64,000 bases of DNA. It comes from Neodothiora populina. Taxonomy: Eukaryota. The notes under the pieces are model-generated. The model did no database searches. It was not told where the DNA came from and was given only the letters and a program-made list of their open reading frames with translations. Shown here piece by piece: positions 63,628-64,000 of this stretch (position 1 is the stretch's first letter; every line of letters begins with the position of its first letter). Location: positions 558,001-622,000 of the forward strand of contig NW_027191405.1 of NCBI RefSeq assembly GCF_041146345.1, in the 5' to 3' direction. The translations under genes and the position numbers were made by a program.

Positions 63628-64000
<373 letters not shown>

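Overview
Gene-dense window from a filamentous ascomycete (Pezizomycotina; Dothideomycetes is a guess). It has short GT-AG introns with CTRAY branch points. I read about 28 protein-coding genes, in order: DPM2, a DCAF6/8-like WD40 protein, PHO85, an APC-family GABA/polyamine-type permease, MET17, NDUFA8, NUP57, TOM5, IWS1, MAK10, ATP15, QCR2, RPC82, a USP deubiquitinase, UTR4, a KSP1-like kinase, a pectin lyase, a 2EXR protein, a ferric/cupric reductase, CDC123, CWC21, a metallophosphoesterase, cytosolic HSP70, EMI1, YME2, a hypothetical protein and the 3' part of ADK1. Exon boundaries were derived by hand; DPM2, TOM5 and ATP15 do not appear as single ORFs in the supplied track. I found no supportable tRNA, rRNA, transposon or CRISPR. 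The most unusual element is a ~730 bp array of 22-bp (2 x 11 bp) units about 750 bp upstream of the HSP70 start codon. Its units are heavily substituted, yet 28 consecutive units keep exact register. Other leads: a splice-dependent CaaX tail on the WD40 protein, a possible non-AUG extension of PHO85, a 5'-UTR intron/uORF arrangement on MET17, degenerate copies of the 3' ends of two genes, a USP with a possible Cys-His-Ser triad, and a ~1.2 kb ATG-depleted KSP1 leader. Gene names come from recognising motifs; no database searches were run.
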